Source: an uncultured Planctomycetota bacterium
GTDB lineage: Bacteria > Planctomycetota > UBA1135 > GCA-002686595
Direction: 5' to 3'
Assembly (NCBI GenBank): GCA_963829015.1
Contig: CAWHGR010000005.1
Location: 12,738 to 76,737, forward strand
DNA: 64,000 nt
Under the pieces are notes generated by a model that saw only the letters and a program-made list of their open reading frames with translations, had not been told where the DNA came from and did not search any database. The position numbers were made by a program, and so were the translations under genes. Within the stretch, counting starts at the first letter, position 1. Each line of letters begins with the position of its first letter. Positions 32,490-44,476 of the stretch are shown piece by piece.

Positions 32490-32900
32490 ATGTTCCTCCT
32501 TGGCGTCCCCCTGCTGATCTTCCCCTTCGCGATCTACAACATCGTCGAATTCATGCTGCCCGGGTTCGCCTGGTCCATGGAGGTGTTGCGTTTCCAGCTT
32601 CCCTCCGGCGCCGATTGCGCGATAACCGCCGGCGACGCGATGGTCGCGGGATCGATCCTCCTGTTGATCCTCGAGATGCTGAAGGCGGGGCGGATGAGCC
32701 GCCGCGGCTTCATGGACCATCTGTTGTCGATGATGCTGTTCGCCGCCATGGTGAGCGAATTCCTCCTGGTGAAGCAGGTGGCGACATCCACCTTCCTCCT
32801 GCTGCTCGTCGTCAGCTTCGTCGACGTGATGGGCGGCTTCGCTGTCGGCGGTCGCGCCGCCCGGCGAGACGAATCCTACTCCGAGTCCGATCACCCCTGA
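32490..32900 (+). CDS. Conserved hypothetical membrane protein
   Basis: Four hydrophobic helices (LLGVPLLIFPFAIYNIVEFML, AMVAGSILLLILEML, LLSMMLFAAMVSEFLLV, FLLLLVVSFVDVMGGF). No family recognised. Confidence 0.45.
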   Translation: MFLLGVPLLIFPFAIYNIVEFMLPGFAWSMEVLRFQLPSGADCAITAGDAMVAGSILLLILEMLKAGRMSRRGFMDHLLSMMLFAAMVSEFLLVKQVATSTFLLLLVVSFVDVMGGFAVGGRAARRDESYSESDHP

Positions 32901-32945
32901 CCTGCACTCCGCCTGAGCGCGCCGCGCGCGACGAAATCGAGCCCT

Positions 32946-34525
32946 ATGTTTCGCGATTTTCACAGCCCCGGGCGCTCTCCGGTGATGGCCTGCGAGGGCA
33001 TGGCCGCGACCTCCCATCCGCTGGCGAGCGAGATCGCGATCGCCGCGCTGCGGGCTGGCGGCACCGCGGCCGATGCGGCGGTCGCCGCGGTGGCGGCGCT
33101 CGGCGTCTTCGAACCGCACATGACCGGCATCGGCGGCGACTGCTTCTGCCTGGTGGCGAAGCCCGGCGCGCCGCTGTGGGGCTATAACGGCTCGGGCCGC
33201 TCCGCCGCCGCGGCGAGGCCCGATGTCCTGGTCGCGCAGGGGATGTCCGCGATCGGCTTCGAATCCGTGCATTCGGTCACGGTGCCGGGCGCCGTCGATG
33301 CCTGGGAGGCGGTGCTCACGGCCCACGGAAGGTTCGGCCTCGACCGCGCGCTGGCGCCGGCGATCCACCATGCCGAGCGCGGATGTCCGGTGGCGCCGCG
33401 GGTCGCCTGCGACTGGGGCGGCCTGGTCGAGCGCCTGCGCGCCGACCCCGGCGCGGCGCGCCATTACCTCGTCGACGGGCGCGCGCCGCTGCCGGGCGAC
33501 ATCATGCGGTTTCCGGCGCTGGCGGCGACCTTGAAGTCGATCGCGGCGCGCGGGCCCCGTGCATTCTACGAGGACTTGGCCGAAGACATCGTCGACACGC
33601 TGGCGGCCCGCGGCTCATGGCTCACGCGGGAGGATTTCGCGCGCCATCGCGGCGAACCGGCGACGCCGATCGCATCGAATTATCGCGGGCTCGATGTGGT
33701 CGAGCTGCCGCCGAACGGCCAGGGCCTGATCGCGCTGGTGCTGCTCAACATTCTCGAATGCTTCGACCTCGCTTCGCTCGCTCCGGACGGGCCGGAACGC
33801 CTGCATATCGCGCTCGAGGCGGCCCGGCTCGCCTATGGCGTGCGCAATGCCCATGTCGCCGACCCCGGCCATCTGCGGGTCGCAGTCGAGGCGCTGATCG
33901 ACAAGGGCTTTGCCCGCGACCTCGCCGCGCGGATCGACCGCCGCACGCGCGTGCCGCTGCCGCCGGCACCGCCCCCGGCGGGCAGATACCGTCTACGTGA
34001 CCGTGGTCGACCGCGACCGCATGGCGGTGTCGATCATCAATTCGCTCTACAGCCAGTTCGGCTGCGGCATCGCCACCGAGAAGACCGGGATCATGCTGCA
34101 TAACCGCGGTTCCTGCTTCGTGGTCGATCCCTCCCATCCGAACGCCATCGGCCCGGCCAAGCGGCCGATGAACACCATCATCCCGGCGCTCGCGATGCGC
34201 GACGGCCGCTGCGAATTGTCGTTCGGCGTCATGGGTGGCGCCTACCAGCCCATGGGCCACGCCCACGTCGTCACCAATCTCGTCGATTACGGCATGGACC
34301 TGCAGGCCGCGATCGACGAGCCGCGGGTGTTTTTCGAGGGCGAAACACCGTCGTGGAGCGCGGCGTCCGCCGGCGGCCAGATCGACGGCCTCAGGCAGCG
34401 CGGCCACCAGGTGACGGTTCGCCACGGCCCTGGGCGGCGGCCAGGCCATCGCCATCGACTGGCGGCGCGGCGTGCTGATCGGCGCCTCCGACGCGCGCAA
34501 GGACGGCTGCGCGATCGGGTATTGA
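32946..34525 (+). pseudogene. ggt: Gamma-glutamyltransferase family protein, at least 3 frame shifts (about 33985, 34350, 34420)
   Basis: MAATSHPLASEIAIAALRAGGTAADAAVAA...EPHMTGIGGDCF... then [42 protein letters not shown]...[11 protein letters not shown] (autoprocessing Thr context) in another frame. The tail [31 protein letters not shown] is in a third frame. Confidence 0.85.
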
Positions 34526-34860
34526 AGCGATGGCGCTTTGCCGTTGAGCCCGGCCCCGAGCGCCGGCCGGCCACCCTGAAGCGGCAGAATTACCTCTTTG
34601 TTTAGTGTATTTGGTTACGTTCCCGATAGATTTCGCCGCGTCGATGGGGATTGGCCGTGGGCACCACCAAGAAGCTGTCGGCTGCGCCGGCCCGAGCCGT
34701 GCCGCCGGCCGGAGCCGTGCCGATGCCGGCGCAGCCGGGGCCGAGCGGAAAGTCCGTCGCTCGCCGCCGGCGCCGACTGAGGTGGATCGCCGCGGAGCGT
34801 GACGATGCCCGCAGCGTTGATCTGGCAGCGCCGCGGGAGCATCCTTTGCGCGAGGCGCGC

Positions 34861-37591
34861 ATGTCCCGCTCACGAATCGGCCGCTCCGCTCTCGCACTGA
34901 CGCTCGCGCTCGTCGCGCTGCTGGCCGCGATCGGCGTGCTGGCGTGGTTCGTGGTGCGCGGAAACTCGGCGCGCGGAACTGAAAGGGCAGACAATCCCAA
35001 GATCGAACTGCGCAGCGATCCGCAGGCCGACCTGTCGAGCGGACAAGATGCCGCTCGAGGCGCGCAGCGCGGAGAAGGGCGAGGCGGGCGGCGGGGGAGC
35101 TCAGGGCGGCGCCGAGGGTTCGACGGGCACCGGCACGCTGCGCATCCACGTGCTCGACGAGGAGACGCGCGCGCCCATCCCCGACCTGCAGTTCGTCGCC
35201 TACCGCGAGCGTGGCGGGGTGAAGGAGCTCGGTCGCGGACGGACGGACAAGGACGGCCGCGCGGAGCTGCGCGAGGTCGAGGCGAACACCGTCATCGTGC
35301 GCACCGAACGCAGACCTCCGCACGCCGAGCAGACGGGAGCGGTGTGGCTCACCAACGGCGCGACGAAGGAGCTCGAGATCCTCGTCGGCGCAGGTGGTGC
35401 CTTCGTAGGGCGCGTGATCGACGATCTCGAGCGGCCGATCGAGGGCGCAGAGATTCGGATCCAAGGTCAGCGCGAGCCGGGGCCGCCCGATTCCCTGAGC
35501 GGTCCCGACGGTCGATTCCGCGTCGGGTGCCTTGCGAGCCGGCCGGGTTCGGTGTGGATCGTCGACGGTGCGATGCGGCCAGAGGGTTGGGGCGAGGTCT
35601 ACCTCTCGGCGAGCCGCGACAACATGAGCACAGGGGGCAGGGGGACACCGCTCCCTGGCAAGGACGTCGACCTCGGCGATCTTCGGCTTTACCGCGCGAC
35701 GACCTACACGGGGCGGCTCTTCGACGCGGGCGGTCGGCTCGTCGCCGGCGCGCTGCTCAGCCAGGCCTGGGGGCCCGCGCACGGTCCCGCGGACCCCCAG
35801 TTCCAACTCGCGCCGGGCGAAGTGCTGACCGACGGCGGGGGGAGCTTCGAGCTGCGCGCGGAGCCCGGGCTCGGGCGCCTGCTCGTTTGGACGCGCGAGG
35901 GTGCGAATCAGCATCTGAAGCTGCCCGAGGGCAAGCCCGGCGAGCGCGTCGATGGGATCGAGCTGCGCTTGCTGCCCGAGACGCTGTTCGAACTGGAGCT
36001 CGTGGATGCGAGCGGAGGGCCGGCGGTGCTCCCCGCACCGGCCGGGGCCAGCGAGCGTGTCCTCACTCCCTGGGCGCGCATGACGAGCTGGGGCAGCGAG
36101 AAGCTCAGCGTGCTCGCGCGCTCCGCCGATGGAGCGCGCGAACGCATCGGCTGCGAGCACGCCGATCCCGACGGCAAGTGGCGTGGGCGACTCGCGATCG
36201 ATCCGCGCGCGATCGGGGAGCTCGAGGTGACCGCGCCGGGATACGCGCCGGCGGTTGAGACCTCGGAGAGCGGCTTCCCCGCGCTCGTGCAGCGCAAACT
36301 CGTGCTGACTCCGTTCCCGACGCTTCGGGTGCGGCTGGTGCCGAAGGACCCCGACGCGAAACCGCTCGACGGAGAGGGCGGATTCGTCACAGTGCAAGTC
36401 TGCATGGCCGATCCGGTGCGTCATGCGGCTGCAAGAAACGGCTGCTGCGGGCTTGGCTCCAGCTGGTACGACCGCTGGCGCGGCGTGCCGCTGGAGATCG
36501 TGATGCCCGTGCGCAAGCAGGCGCCGTTCTGGATCTACGCACGCGGACCGCGGCCGGATGCCGGACCAAAGGGCTTCGCGGGCTTCGGTTACACGGGCGA
36601 GCAGATGCCCTCGGGCGGTCTCGTCGATTTCGCGCGCATCGGACCCTTCGAGCCCGGACCCGAGGTGCACGAGCTCGCCCTCGATCCGAGAGACTTCATG
36701 CGGGGCACGGCCCCAGAGAAGGAGCGCAAGCCGCCCCCGCCGAGCCAGCCGGGCGAGGACCGTCGAGGGCGACTGCGTGCGCACGTCAGCGACGCGCGCA
36801 CGGGCAAACCGATCCGGGCGTACATCTACGTGGAGGGCGGCGGCGCGAGCACCGACGAGAACGGCGACGTGAAGGACCAGCCGGTGCAGGCGGGGAAGGG
36901 AAAGATCGACGTCCAATCCCGAGGCTACCGGATCCTGGACCTCGGCGAACGCACGGTGCCCCAGGGTGAGACTCTCGACCTCGGCTCGATCGCGCTCGAG
37001 CCTTTGACGCGCCACCGCGGCCGCATCCTCGACGCGGACGGCAACGCGCTGCCGCGCGTCTGGCTCGGCGTCGTCGCCGGGGTTGCGGACGCGCAGAACG
37101 AGAATGGCGGCCTGGGGAGCGAACCCGACGGGAGCTTCGAGTTGATCGGAGAGCTTCCTCAGAGCTTCGTGCTGCAGGTCCTGTCGCCGGCCATGCACGC
37201 GGGCTGGGGAGCGCAGGCGCAGCGCTTCGCGCTCGCATCCTGGCCGGAGGACGAAGTGAAGGAGCTACGACTTCGCGAGGTTCCGGAAGGTCGTCGTGAC
37301 CGTCGCGGGTGTCGACCCGCTGGAAGCCTCGCTCGTTCCCAACGTCTGCCCTGCACCTGGCGAGCCGACCGCGACCTGCGACCACAGGCTGGCAAACGTT
37401 CCCCGGCACGAGGAGCTCTGCCGGGGCCTCGAGATCGCTTCGTCGGCGGATGGGCTGCGTTTCGCGTTCCTGCTCGCCCCCGGGCGCTACCAGACTTCTG
37501 GGGCGCGAACCTGATGCACGAGCTGCCGGTCACCGAACTCGAGGTCACCCCCGGCGATACCGACATCGAGCTCGCGATCACCGCACACTGA
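34861..37591 (+). pseudogene. Membrane-anchored multi-repeat (carboxypeptidase-regulatory-like beta-sandwich) protein, paralog A; about 3 frame shifts (about 35040, 37285, 37495)
   Basis: MSRSRIGRSALALTLALVALLAAIGVLAWFVV is the anchor. In the next frame follow GTLRIHVLDEETRAPIPDLQFVAYRE...GRTDKDGRAELREV and further repeats such as FVGRVIDDLERPIEGAEIRIQG...GPDGRFRV and HRGRILDADGNALPRVWLGV. The C-terminal part is split with ORF 37296..37514. Confidence 0.6.
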
Positions 37592-37663
37592 GCACCTTGC
37601 CCGCCCCGGGGAGCTGGGCTAGCCTCGATCCTGTCCCCTCCGGATCGTCGGTGGAGGTCGGCC

Positions 37664-38182
37664 ATGCGCAAGTTGGGTCACGTGCTTCTCGCCCTCGGCT
37701 GCTTCGCGCTGCTCCACGGCTCGACCTGCGTGGTGGTCTACTGCTCCGAGGACTGCGATCCGTGCGTCACGCAGTGCAAGTGCCACACCTGCCCGCATCC
37801 GCAGGCGCAGGCCTACGAGCCCGCGCACCGGCTGCTGGCCTTCGAGCTGATCGAGGAGCTCGACGCGCAGGGGCTGCAGCACCAGACGCTGGCCTGGATC
37901 GGCGGTCTCGAGGTCAGGCACGCCACGGGACGCGAGGAGTTCGCGCCGCGCGACCTGCGCGAGTTCGCCGAGGGCGTGCTGGGCGTCAACCACGAGCTGC
38001 TCGACCTCGATCCGGCACTCGGGCACTGGCAGTTCGTGAGCGTCGAGCTCGCGGGCGAGTTCGCGCTGGTGACGTTCGCGCGCGTCGACACGGCGGGGCG
38101 CGCGGCCGAGGGCGCGCTGGAGTTCGTCTTCGACAAGCACGGGAAGCTGCTCGAGATCGTGCGCGCGATTCCTCGATCCTGA
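37664..38182 (+). CDS. Hypothetical secreted protein with Cys-rich N-terminal knot
   Basis: GGAGGT Shine-Dalgarno sequence, signal peptide MRKLGHVLLALGCFALLHG, then CVVVYCSEDCDPCVTQCKCHTC (7 Cys in 22 aa) and an acidic ~120-aa domain. Confidence 0.5.
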   Translation: MRKLGHVLLALGCFALLHGSTCVVVYCSEDCDPCVTQCKCHTCPHPQAQAYEPAHRLLAFELIEELDAQGLQHQTLAWIGGLEVRHATGREEFAPRDLREFAEGVLGVNHELLDLDPALGHWQFVSVELAGEFALVTFARVDTAGRAAEGALEFVFDKHGKLLEIVRAIPRS

Positions 38183-38299
38183 GACGCGCGCCGGCCCGCT
38201 TCCTTGAGCTTTCCTGAAGCCCGGACATCCGGGCTCGCGCGCCGCTAGAATCGCGGCCTCCCGGCCGCCCCCGCTTCGCCGGATGAACGGAGACCCATC

Positions 38300-39362
38300 A
38301 TGAAGACCGCATTCACATTCACCCTGCTCGCCCTCGCGGGCGGCACCGCGCTCAGCACCGACTACTCGCAAGGAGCGCTCGGTCAAGGTCGACAGCTCGT
38401 TCCAGCTCGCCACCGAGACCGAGACGACGCGCGAGCGCGACGGCCAGCCGGTCGAGGGGCGCGGCGGCGGCGGCAGCATGAAGTCGGACTCGACCTGGCA
38501 CGTCGTGCAGGTCGACGAGGTCCAGGCGCACGAGGGCAAGAAGCCGACCAAGGTCAAGCGCAGCTACGAGAAGGTCGGCGGCGAGGCCAACGTGGCCTTC
38601 GGCGAGAACGAGAACACCATTCCGTTCGAGAGCCCCTTCGAGGGCGCGACGCTGCAGCTCTCGGGCGACGACGAGGACGTGAAGGTCGAGTTCGTCGACG
38701 GCAAGAAGCCCGACCACGAGGGCGCGCTGGTCGGCCACAAGCTCGGGCTCGCGCTCGACGCGCTGCTGCCCGACAAGGAAGTCGAGAAGGACGCGCACTG
38801 GGATCTCGACAGCGGCGCAGATCAAGCACGCGCTCGGCCTCGACCTGCGCAAGGCGCTCTTCCCGCCCCCGCCCGCTCCCGAGGGTGCGGGTGGCGGAGG
38901 TGGCGGCGGCGGCGGCCGGCCCGGGGAATGGGGCGCGGCGGCGGCATGGGCGGCATCCCGGCGGACGCGGAATGGACCGGCAAGGCCAAGCTGGTGTCGC
39001 TCGACGAGGACGTCGACGGCATGAAGTGCGCCAAGATCGAGATCGAGATCGGCGCGCACGGCGACCTGCCCGAGCATGCAGATGGGCGGCGGCGGCCGCG
39101 GCCGGATGCTCGAGCCCGAGAGCGCGCCCGCGCTCTTCGCGAGCACCTACTCGGCCGAAGCCAAGGGCGAGTTCTACTTCGCGCTCGAGGGCAAGCGTCC
39201 GGTCAAGCTCGAGCTCGAAGGCAAGGTCGAGAGCGTGCGCGACAGCGAGATGAAGCGCGAGGACGATCGTGACGAAGATCGCACAGCAAGATGCAGGGCA
39301 AGCTCAAGGTCAAGGTCGCCGTCAGCGAGGAGGCCAAGGCGAAGGACGCGAAGGGCAAGTAG
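38300..39362 (+). pseudogene. Hypothetical secreted Gly/Lys/Glu-rich protein, at least 3 frame shifts
   Basis: Signal peptide MKTAFTFTLLALAGGTALS. Coding-looking blocks KSDSTWHVVQVDEVQAHEGKKPTKVKRSYEKVGGEANVAFGENENTIPFESPFEGATLQLSGDD, GMGRGGGMGGIPADAEWTGKAKLVSLDEDVDGMKCAKIEIEI, FASTYSAEAKGEFYFALEGKRPVKLELEGKVES and the end [23 protein letters not shown] lie in different frames. Confidence 0.4.
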
Positions 39363-39374
39363 CCCGCCCCAGTG

Positions 39375-40875
<1,501 letters not shown>

Positions 40876-40885
40876 ACTCTAGCGG

Positions 40886-41695
40886 ATGAGCACTTCCCAC
40901 GTGGCCTTCGTCACCGGCGCGGGACGCGGCATCGGAACCGCGATCGCGCTGCGTCTGGCGCAGAGCGGAGCGGCGCTGATCCTCGGCGCGCGCAGCCAGG
41001 AGGCGACCAGCGCGCTCGCCTCCGCGATCAACGCCGGCGGCGGGAAGGCCTGGCCGGTCTACCTCGACGTGAGCGACCCCGAGACGATCCAGGAGGCGCT
41101 CGAGCTCGTGCGCGACATCGCGCGCGGCATCGGACCGGTGGACTGGCTGGTCAACAACGCGGGCATCGCGATCACGGCGCCCGTCCTGCGCCACGGGCGC
41201 GAGCAGGGCGAGGATCTCTACGAGAAGCACATGGAGACGAACTTCCACGGTGCGCGGCGCATGATCGAGGCGCTCGTGCCGGCGATGACCACGCACGGCT
41301 ACGGCCGCGTGGTCAACATCGCCTCCTCGGCCGCGCTGCAGGGCTACGCCTACTCTGCGGCCTACGCGGCCAGCAAGCACGCGCTGCTCGGCTACAGCCG
41401 CTGCGCGGCGCTCGACCTCGCGGGCACGGGCGTCACGCTCAACACGATCTGCCCGCACTTCGTCGACTCGCCGATGACCGACGAGACCGTGCAGCGCATC
41501 ATGCAGAAGACCAACCGCAGCGAGGCCAAGACGCGCGCCTTCCTGGCCGCGCAGAACCCGGGCGGCGCGCTGGTGAGCGTCGACGAGGTAGCGGAGCTCA
41601 CGCACGAGCTGCTCGGCGGCGACAAGAACGGCTCCGTGATCGAGCTCTGCGGCGGCGGCAAGCGGCACCTGATCGAGAGCGGAGCGGTTCCCTGA
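40886..41695 (+). CDS. SDR-family oxidoreductase
   Basis: [20 protein letters not shown] (TGxxxGIG), NNAGI, and [28 protein letters not shown] (S...YxxxK). Confidence 0.85.
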   Translation: MSTSHVAFVTGAGRGIGTAIALRLAQSGAALILGARSQEATSALASAINAGGGKAWPVYLDVSDPETIQEALELVRDIARGIGPVDWLVNNAGIAITAPVLRHGREQGEDLYEKHMETNFHGARRMIEALVPAMTTHGYGRVVNIASSAALQGYAYSAAYAASKHALLGYSRCAALDLAGTGVTLNTICPHFVDSPMTDETVQRIMQKTNRSEAKTRAFLAAQNPGGALVSVDEVAELTHELLGGDKNGSVIELCGGGKRHLIESGAVP

Positions 41696-42099
41696 TGAAG
41701 ATCGAGACCGTGCAGCCCGAGGGCTGGAAGAAGCCCAAGGGCTACGCCAACGGCATCGTGCTCTCCGGCGCCGCGAAGCTGGTCTTCGTCGCCGGGCAGG
41801 TGGCCTGGGACAGCCAGGAGCAGATCGTCGGGCGCGGCGACTTCGGCGCGCAGTTCGAGCAGGCGCTGCGCAACGTGGCCGCGGTGCTGCAGGCGGCGGG
41901 CGCCAAGCCCGAGCACATCGTGCGCCTGACCGTGTACGTCACCGACAAGCAGATGTACGTCGCGCACGCGAAGAAGATCGGCGTGATCTGGAAGGACGTC
42001 GTCGGCCGGCACTATCCCGCGATGACGCTGGTCGAGGTCGCGGACCTGCTCGAGGAGGGCGCGCTGCTCGAGCTCGAGGCGACGGCGGCGATCCCCTGA
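41695..42099 (+). CDS. RidA/YjgF family protein
   Basis: [23 protein letters not shown]...[33 protein letters not shown]...[25 protein letters not shown]. The ATG overlaps the SDR stop. Confidence 0.85.
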   Translation: MKIETVQPEGWKKPKGYANGIVLSGAAKLVFVAGQVAWDSQEQIVGRGDFGAQFEQALRNVAAVLQAAGAKPEHIVRLTVYVTDKQMYVAHAKKIGVIWKDVVGRHYPAMTLVEVADLLEEGALLELEATAAIP

Positions 42100-42110
42100 G
42101 AGGAGCTCCG

Positions 42111-42931
42111 ATGAACCCCAAGACCTTCCGCTACTCCGAGGCCGACGGCGTCGGCACGATCCGGCTCGACCGGCCCGAGCGCTTGAACGCGCTGACCTTC
42201 GACAGCTATGCCGAGCTGACGCAGACCTTCGCCGAGCTCGGCAAGCGCGACAGCGTGCGCTGCGTGGTGATCACGGGCACGGGCCGCGCCTTCTGCACCG
42301 GCGGCGACGTGCTCGACATCATCGGGCGGCTGTTCGACGTGCCGGTCGCCGACGTGCACGCCTTCACGCGCATGACCTGCAAGCTGATCGAGAACATGCG
42401 CAAGCTCGAGAAGCCGATCCTCGCCTCGCTCAACGGCACGACCTGCGGCGCGGGCGCGGTGATCGCGGCCGCGGCCGACCTGCGCATCGGGGCGGAGAGC
42501 GCGAAGATCGCGTTCCTGTTCACGAAGGTCGGCCTGTGCGGCGCGGACATGGGCGCGGCCTGGCTCCTGCCGCGCATCGTCGGGCTCTCGAACGCGACCG
42601 AGCTCCTGATGCTGGGCGACTTCATCACGCGCGCAGCGCGCGAAGGAGGTCGGCCTGTACAACAAGGTCGTGCCCGACGCGGAGCTCGAGGCGGCGACGG
42701 CCGAGTGGGCGCAGGAAGCTCGCCAGCGGGCCGAGCCTGGGTCTCGCGGCGACGAAGCGCATGCTCAACGCCGAGGCCTCGATGTCGCTCGAGGCCGCGC
42801 TCTCGGCCGAGGCCTGGATCCAGGCCGAGTGCATGGCGCATCCGGATTATCGCGAGGCCTACGAGGCCTTCGTCGCGAAGCGCCCGACGAACTTCGTCCA
42901 GAACTGGCCCGGCGCGAAGGTGCGCGCGTGA
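42111..42931 (+). pseudogene. Enoyl-CoA hydratase/isomerase family, two frame shifts (about 42625, 42715)
   Basis: [17 protein letters not shown]...[16 protein letters not shown]...[25 protein letters not shown]...[22 protein letters not shown], then [19 protein letters not shown] and [17 protein letters not shown]...[13 protein letters not shown] in other frames. Confidence 0.8.
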
Positions 42932-44078
42932 AGGCGCTGCATCCGCTGCTCGCCGAGCTGCGCGAGCGCGCGAGCATGGCGGCGAAGGGCGCGGAGAAGC
43001 GCCTCGACGCGCTCTCCGAGCGCGACGCGGCGCTCGAGGCGCTGCGCATCGTGCGCAAGGCCGGCCTGACGACCTACATGGTGCCCGAGCGCGACGGCGG
43101 CGCGCACGCGGGCGGATTGTGCGGGCCCGAGACGATCAGCACGCGCGTCCTGTGCGCGCTGCGCGACGAGCTCGCCTGGCACCACGGCCTGCTCGACCTG
43201 ATGCTCGTCGAGCAGGGCCTCGGTTCGTTCCCGATCGCGCTGGGCGGGACGAGCGAGCTGCGCGCGGAGGTCCTGCCCGCCGTCGCGAGTGGATCCAGGA
43301 TCGCCGCCTTCGCGCTGACCGAGCCCGAGGCAGGCTCGAACCTCTCCGACGTCGCGACGCGCGCGACGCGCACGAAGCACGGCTGGCGGCTCGACGGCAA
43401 GAAGACCTTCATCACCAACGCCGGCATCGCGGACTTCTACACGGTGCTCGCGCGCACGCGCGGCGAGCCGGGCGAGGAGGGTCTCTCGATGTTCTACGTG
43501 CCGGCCGAGGCGAAGGGTCTCTCGGTGGCGCCCTTCGAGGTGCTCGCGCCGCATCCGATCGGCGAGGTCGCGCTCGACGCGGTCGAGGTGCCCGAGCGCG
43601 CGCTGCTCGGCCGCGAGCACGAGGGCGTCGCGATCGCGCTCGCGACGCTCGGCCGCTTCCGCACCGGCGTCGCGGCCGCGGCGAACGGCTTCGCGCGCCG
43701 CGCGCTGGACGAGTCGCGCGCGCACCTCTCGCAGCGCAAGCAGTTCGGCCGGCCGCTCGCGACGTTCCAGGCGCTGCGCTTCGACATCGCCGAGATGGAC
43801 GTGCGCCTGCGCGCGGGCCAGCTGCTTGTCGGACGAGGCCGCCGAGCTCGTCGACGCGCGGCGCCAACGCGACCGCCGCCGTAGCGCGCGCGAAGCTCTT
43901 CGCGACCGAGAGCGCCTCCTGGATCTGCGACCGCGCGGTTCAGCACTTCGGCGGACTGGGCGTGAAGCGCGGCACGGTGGTCGAGCGCCTGTTCCGCGAA
44001 ACGCGCGCGCTGCGCATCTACGAGGGCACGAGCGAGATCCAGAAGCTCGTGCTGGCGCGCGAGCTGTTCCAGTCCTGA
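42928..44078 (+). pseudogene. Acyl-CoA dehydrogenase family, two frame shifts near 43825-43870
   Basis: [53 protein letters not shown]...[27 protein letters not shown]...[21 protein letters not shown], then [24 protein letters not shown]...[21 protein letters not shown]. Confidence 0.85.
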
Positions 44079-44081
44079 GCG

Positions 44082-44090
44082 TGGTAGAAT
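44082..44090 (+). promoter_or_regulatory. Extended -10-like element TGgTAGAAT, 12 nt upstream of the ferredoxin ATG
   Basis: An AT-rich TGnTAnnnT motif stands out in ~70% GC DNA. No Shine-Dalgarno sequence lies between it and the ATG. Promoter function is inferred. Confidence 0.35.
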
Positions 44091-44102
44091 CGGGAAACTC
44101 GC

Positions 44103-44468
44103 ATGCCGAAGTTCCAGCGCCACGTCTTCATCTGCACCAACGAGCGCGATCCCTCCGACGCGCGCGGCTGCTGCGCGGCGCGCGGCTCGAAGGAAGTCGT
44201 CGAGGCCTTCAAGCAGCAGCTGCACGACGCCGGCCTGAAGCGCATCGTGCGCCCCAACAAGGCCGGCTGCCTCGACCAGTGCGCGCACGGCGTGACCGTC
44301 GTGGTCTATCCCGAGCAGGTCTGGTACGGCCACGTCACGCCCGCCGACGTGGGCGAGATCATCCAGCAGCACATCCTCGGCGGTAAGCCCGTCGCGCGCC
44401 TCGTGATCCCCGATCCCGAGCTCACCGGTCTCGACCCCGCGGCACGCAAGGTGCCCGAGAAAGCCTGA
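44103..44468 (+). CDS. Thioredoxin-like [2Fe-2S] ferredoxin-domain protein
   Basis: [22 protein letters not shown]...[27 protein letters not shown] has the Cys-x12-Cys...Cys-x3-Cys arrangement. Confidence 0.8.
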   Translation: MPKFQRHVFICTNERDPSDARGCCAARGSKEVVEAFKQQLHDAGLKRIVRPNKAGCLDQCAHGVTVVVYPEQVWYGHVTPADVGEIIQQHILGGKPVARLVIPDPELTGLDPAARKVPEKA

Positions 44469-44476
44469 GGTCCCCG

